Below, piece by piece: positions 61,001-64,000 of a stretch of DNA of 64,000 bases. The notes below the pieces were generated by a model. The model ran no database searches. It was given only the letters and a program-made list of their open reading frames with translations, and was not told the origin of the DNA. This DNA comes from Dendrobates tinctorius (lineage: Eukaryota): the NCBI RefSeq assembly GCF_039654945.1, contig NW_027361802.1, positions 17,236,001 to 17,300,000 of the forward strand. The letters are read 5' to 3'. The position numbers and the translations under genes are program-made. The stretch's first letter is position 1. Each line of letters opens with the position of its first letter.

Positions 61001-61755
61001 CCGGGTTCCAGCACCGTCAGCTGGTTCTCGGCAGAGCCTTTGGCCTAGGTGCCTCCATCTCGGTATCCGAGTTCCGGCAACGTCTGCTGGTCCTTGGTAG
61101 TGCTTTGTAGCACAGGTACCTCCTGCTTAGTAACCGGGTTCCAGCACCGTCAGCTGGTCCTCGGTTGTGCCATTGGCTCTTATTCCTTCTGCTGCCCCTC
61201 CGGGTGCCAGCACTGTCAGCTGGTCCTCGCTATTTCCATTTGCTCTTGCAGCTTATGCTACCCATCCGGGTTCCAGCACCGTCAGCTGGTTCTCGGCAGA
61301 GCCTTTGGCCTAGGTGCCCTAATCTCGGTATCCGAGTACCGGCAACGTCTGCTGGTCCTTGGTAGTGCTTTGTAGCACAGGTACCTCCTGCTTTGTAAAA
61401 GGGTTCCAGCACCGTCAGCTGGTCCTCGGTTGTGCCATTGGCTCGTATTCCTTCTGCTGCCCCTCCGGGTGCCAGCACTGTCAGCTGGTCCTCGCTATTT
61501 CCATTTGCTCTTGCAGCTTATGCTACCCATCCGGGTTCCAGCACCGTCAGCTGGTTCTCGGCAAAGCCTTTGGCCTAGGTGCCTCCATCTCGGTATCCGA
61601 GTTCCGACAACGTCTGCTGGTCCTTGGTAGTGCTTTGTAGCACAGGTACCTCCTGCTTAGTAACCGGGTTCCAGCACCGTCAGCTGGTCCTCGGTAGTGC
61701 CATTGGCTCTTGTTCCTTCTGCTGCCCCTCCGGGTGCCAGTACCGTCAGCTGGTT
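61001..61755. repeat. 265-bp tandem repeat (about 2.8 copies) built from CCAGCAC(C/T)GTCAGCTGGT subunits
   Basis: Unit starts at 61001, 61266 and 61531. Confidence 0.9.
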
Positions 61756-62084
61756 CAAGAGGACAAAGAACAGGAAGACAACCACCAAGATGCAGAACAA
61801 CAAGAGAGAGAAGACAAAGAAGCATAAAAAAACAAAGCAGAAGAACATTAAGCATAAGACTAATACTCTGAGCAAATGATATTATCTTATTTATAAGCAG
61901 AAGAAGACTAAGCAGTGTATGGGGGTGAGTCCGTTCCTCCTCGTGGTGCCCCTGGAAAAGGCCTGCTGCTGCAGGCCAAACTGAACGCGGACAAATCCTG
62001 TTGTAAATCTTTTGTGACAGGCAGAACGGAAGGTGTAAACTTCTAACTTTTCTAGATAACAACTACAGGAATGCCTGACACAAA

Positions 62085-62340
62085 TAAGAATATGATGAAG
62101 AAGAATAGGAAGAAGATGAAGAAGTTGAATTTGTAGAATAATAATTGTTGAATAAGAAGAATATGAAGAATGTAAGAAAAGGAAGAAGAAGAATGTAAAA
62201 AAAGGAATAAGAAGAAGAATGTAAAAAAAGGAAGTAGAAGAATGTAAAAAAAGGAAGAAGAAGAAGAAGAAGAAGAATGTAAAAAAAGTAATAAGAAGAA
62301 GAAGAAGAAAGAAGAAGAAAGAAGAAAGAAGAAGAAGACA
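62085..62340. repeat. (GAA)n-rich low-complexity tract
   Basis: GAAGAA and GAATGTAAAAAAAG repeats. Confidence 0.9.
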
Positions 62341-64000
62341 TACATGTCTGGCAAAATATAAATGAGGCTAACATAGTCAATATCTTTGTAACTCCTAACG
62401 TCTTTAAAAAACAAGTTTAATTCCTGCTATTCCATTTGACTGGGCTAAACCTCTATGGCTTTAATGTCTCCTCCACCTCCCACAATACATTCTACATTAT
62501 TCTTAGTTGTTTTTCTTCATGTAGAATTAACCTACAAGGAAAGAAAGGGTTTTTTTTAATTCCGATATTTTGGCCCCATTGACTTGCATTGGTTCCCGGT
62601 ATCGGAATCGGCGATACCGATACTTTTTTTTTTTAAGATCGGCCGATCCATTCCGATCCGATATTTTCAAGTATCGGCTGGTATCGCTCAACTCTAGTTT
62701 TGAGACATCTGAAAGAGGACTATCTGTAAATTAAGCAGGAGAAATGTGAGTTCCATCAGTCTGAGATACAGTTTTTAGGTTATGTCATCTCTCGTAAGGT
62801 GCTGAACCTGGAATCTTGTAAGATTCAGGCTATCCTTGACTGGCCGGCACCTAAGAACTCTAAAGATGTCCAATGTTTTATCAGTTTTGCAAATTACTGT
62901 AGACATTTTATTCAAAATTTTTCTAAGATTGTCGGTCCCATTACTTCCTTGACAAAGAAGGAAAGGCTCTTTAAGTGGTCATCACAGGCTCAAGAAGCTT
63001 TTGATCAGCTTAAGACCTGTTTCACCTCAGCACCACTGTTGATCCACCCAGGCCCAGCACATCCTTTCATTGTTGAGGTGGATGCTTCTGATAATGCTTT
63101 GGGGGCTGTTCTCTCCCAAAACTGGAGAGAAGGGTCTGCTAAATCCTTGAGCTTTCTTTTCCCATAAACTTACCTCAGCAGGGAAATACTTTGATGTGGG
63201 AGAAAAGGAACTGCTGGCTATTATTGCAGCTTTCAAGTAATGGAAACATCATCTGCAAGGAGCCGCACAACAGATCACAGTGCTGACTGACCATCACAAT
63301 TTAGAGTTCCTTAGATCCGCTAGATTTCTTTCTCCTCGTCAGGCTCATTGGAGTTTATTTTTAAATCAATTTAATTTTGATATCTCTTACTGTCCAGGTT
63401 CTCTTAATGGAAAGGCTGATGCATTATCCTGAATCCATGCTTCGATTCCATACCTAGAGCCCCGTCCAAGACCATTTTATCTGATGCCAATTTCATCAGA
63501 GTTATCCATGATCAGGACTTGTGGAAGGAGTTCAAGTTGATGTATTTTTGGCCAATCCAACTGTTGATATCAATCTTGTCCTTAGGTGCAGCATGTGGTT
63601 CTGAGATTGACATATCTACGTCCTCGAGGCCCTTTGTCTGCAGATCCTCAGGTTGGTCCACGACTCCAAGTTGGCTGGTCACAGGGGCTACAGAAGACAC
63701 AAGAGATCCTAAGCTGATTTTTCTGGTGGCCAACTTGCCTGAAGGATACTAAGGATTATGTTCTTTCTTGCAAGATTTGTGCTGGTTACAAGGTTCCTTG
63801 TGTGTCTCCTATGGGTCTTCTTCACCCATTACCTGTTTCGTTCCACCCAGGGGGGTCTATCGCGATGGACTTCATTGTGAAGTTTGTTATGAATGAGTCA
63901 CCGTAGGAGGCAAAAACAGAAATACTAGCTAAGTCCAGAAAACCAGAGAAGTTGGCAGCTATCGGATTGCAGTCCCCTGAACCTATCAACAACAACTAGC

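Larger units (their letters stand above)
51784..62696 (+). mobile_element. Full-length hAT DNA transposon, 10.9 kb
   Basis: 8-bp TSD GTTTTGAG (51776-51783, 62697-62704); TIRs TAGTGTTGAGC / GCTCAACTCTA; clusters of subterminal CCGATA(C) motifs at both ends. Confidence 0.95.
50114..63885 (+). pseudogene. Decayed Ty3/Gypsy gag-pol (50114-51783 and 62705-63885), split by the hAT element
   Basis: [50 protein letters not shown]; resumes after the hAT with EKCEF, FISFANY, EVDASD. Confidence 0.88.

Noticed and set aside
62052-62414. Phe/Ser-rich ORFs
   Set aside because: Antisense translation of the (GAA)n tract.

Overview
Eukaryotic, vertebrate-type DNA. The repeat families suggest an anuran amphibian; this is inference only. 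The window is almost entirely nested transposable elements and I cannot confidently identify a host gene. Contents: (1) several Penelope-like retroelements (PLEs; RT + GIY-YIG) with hammerhead-ribozyme (HHR) motifs in their pseudo-LTRs, all in a divergent minus-arm/plus-arm layout; (2) four short non-coding insertions with that layout and 13-15-bp target-site duplications (TSDs): a 349-bp-unit HHR retrozyme, a 472-bp HHR-like insert, a 126-bp pLTR micro-insert, and a 419-bp-unit element with no recognisable hammerhead, which is the best candidate for an undescribed self-processing RNA; (3) two near-identical Tc1 DD34E copies with complementary defects, plus a decayed DD37E element and other Tc1 relics; (4) a full chromodomain Ty3/Gypsy element and a deleted relative, both with Tf1/sushi-type self-priming complementarity; (5) solo LTRs, L2 fragments, an R4-like fragment and a young CR1 with an (ATTCTATG)4 tail; (6) non-autonomous piggyBac-like elements; (7) a 10.9-kb hAT transposon with an open 1105-aa transposase and a higher-order array of 180-bp satellites and ~400-bp palindromes. 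All coordinates were read by eye and boundaries without a TSD are approximate.
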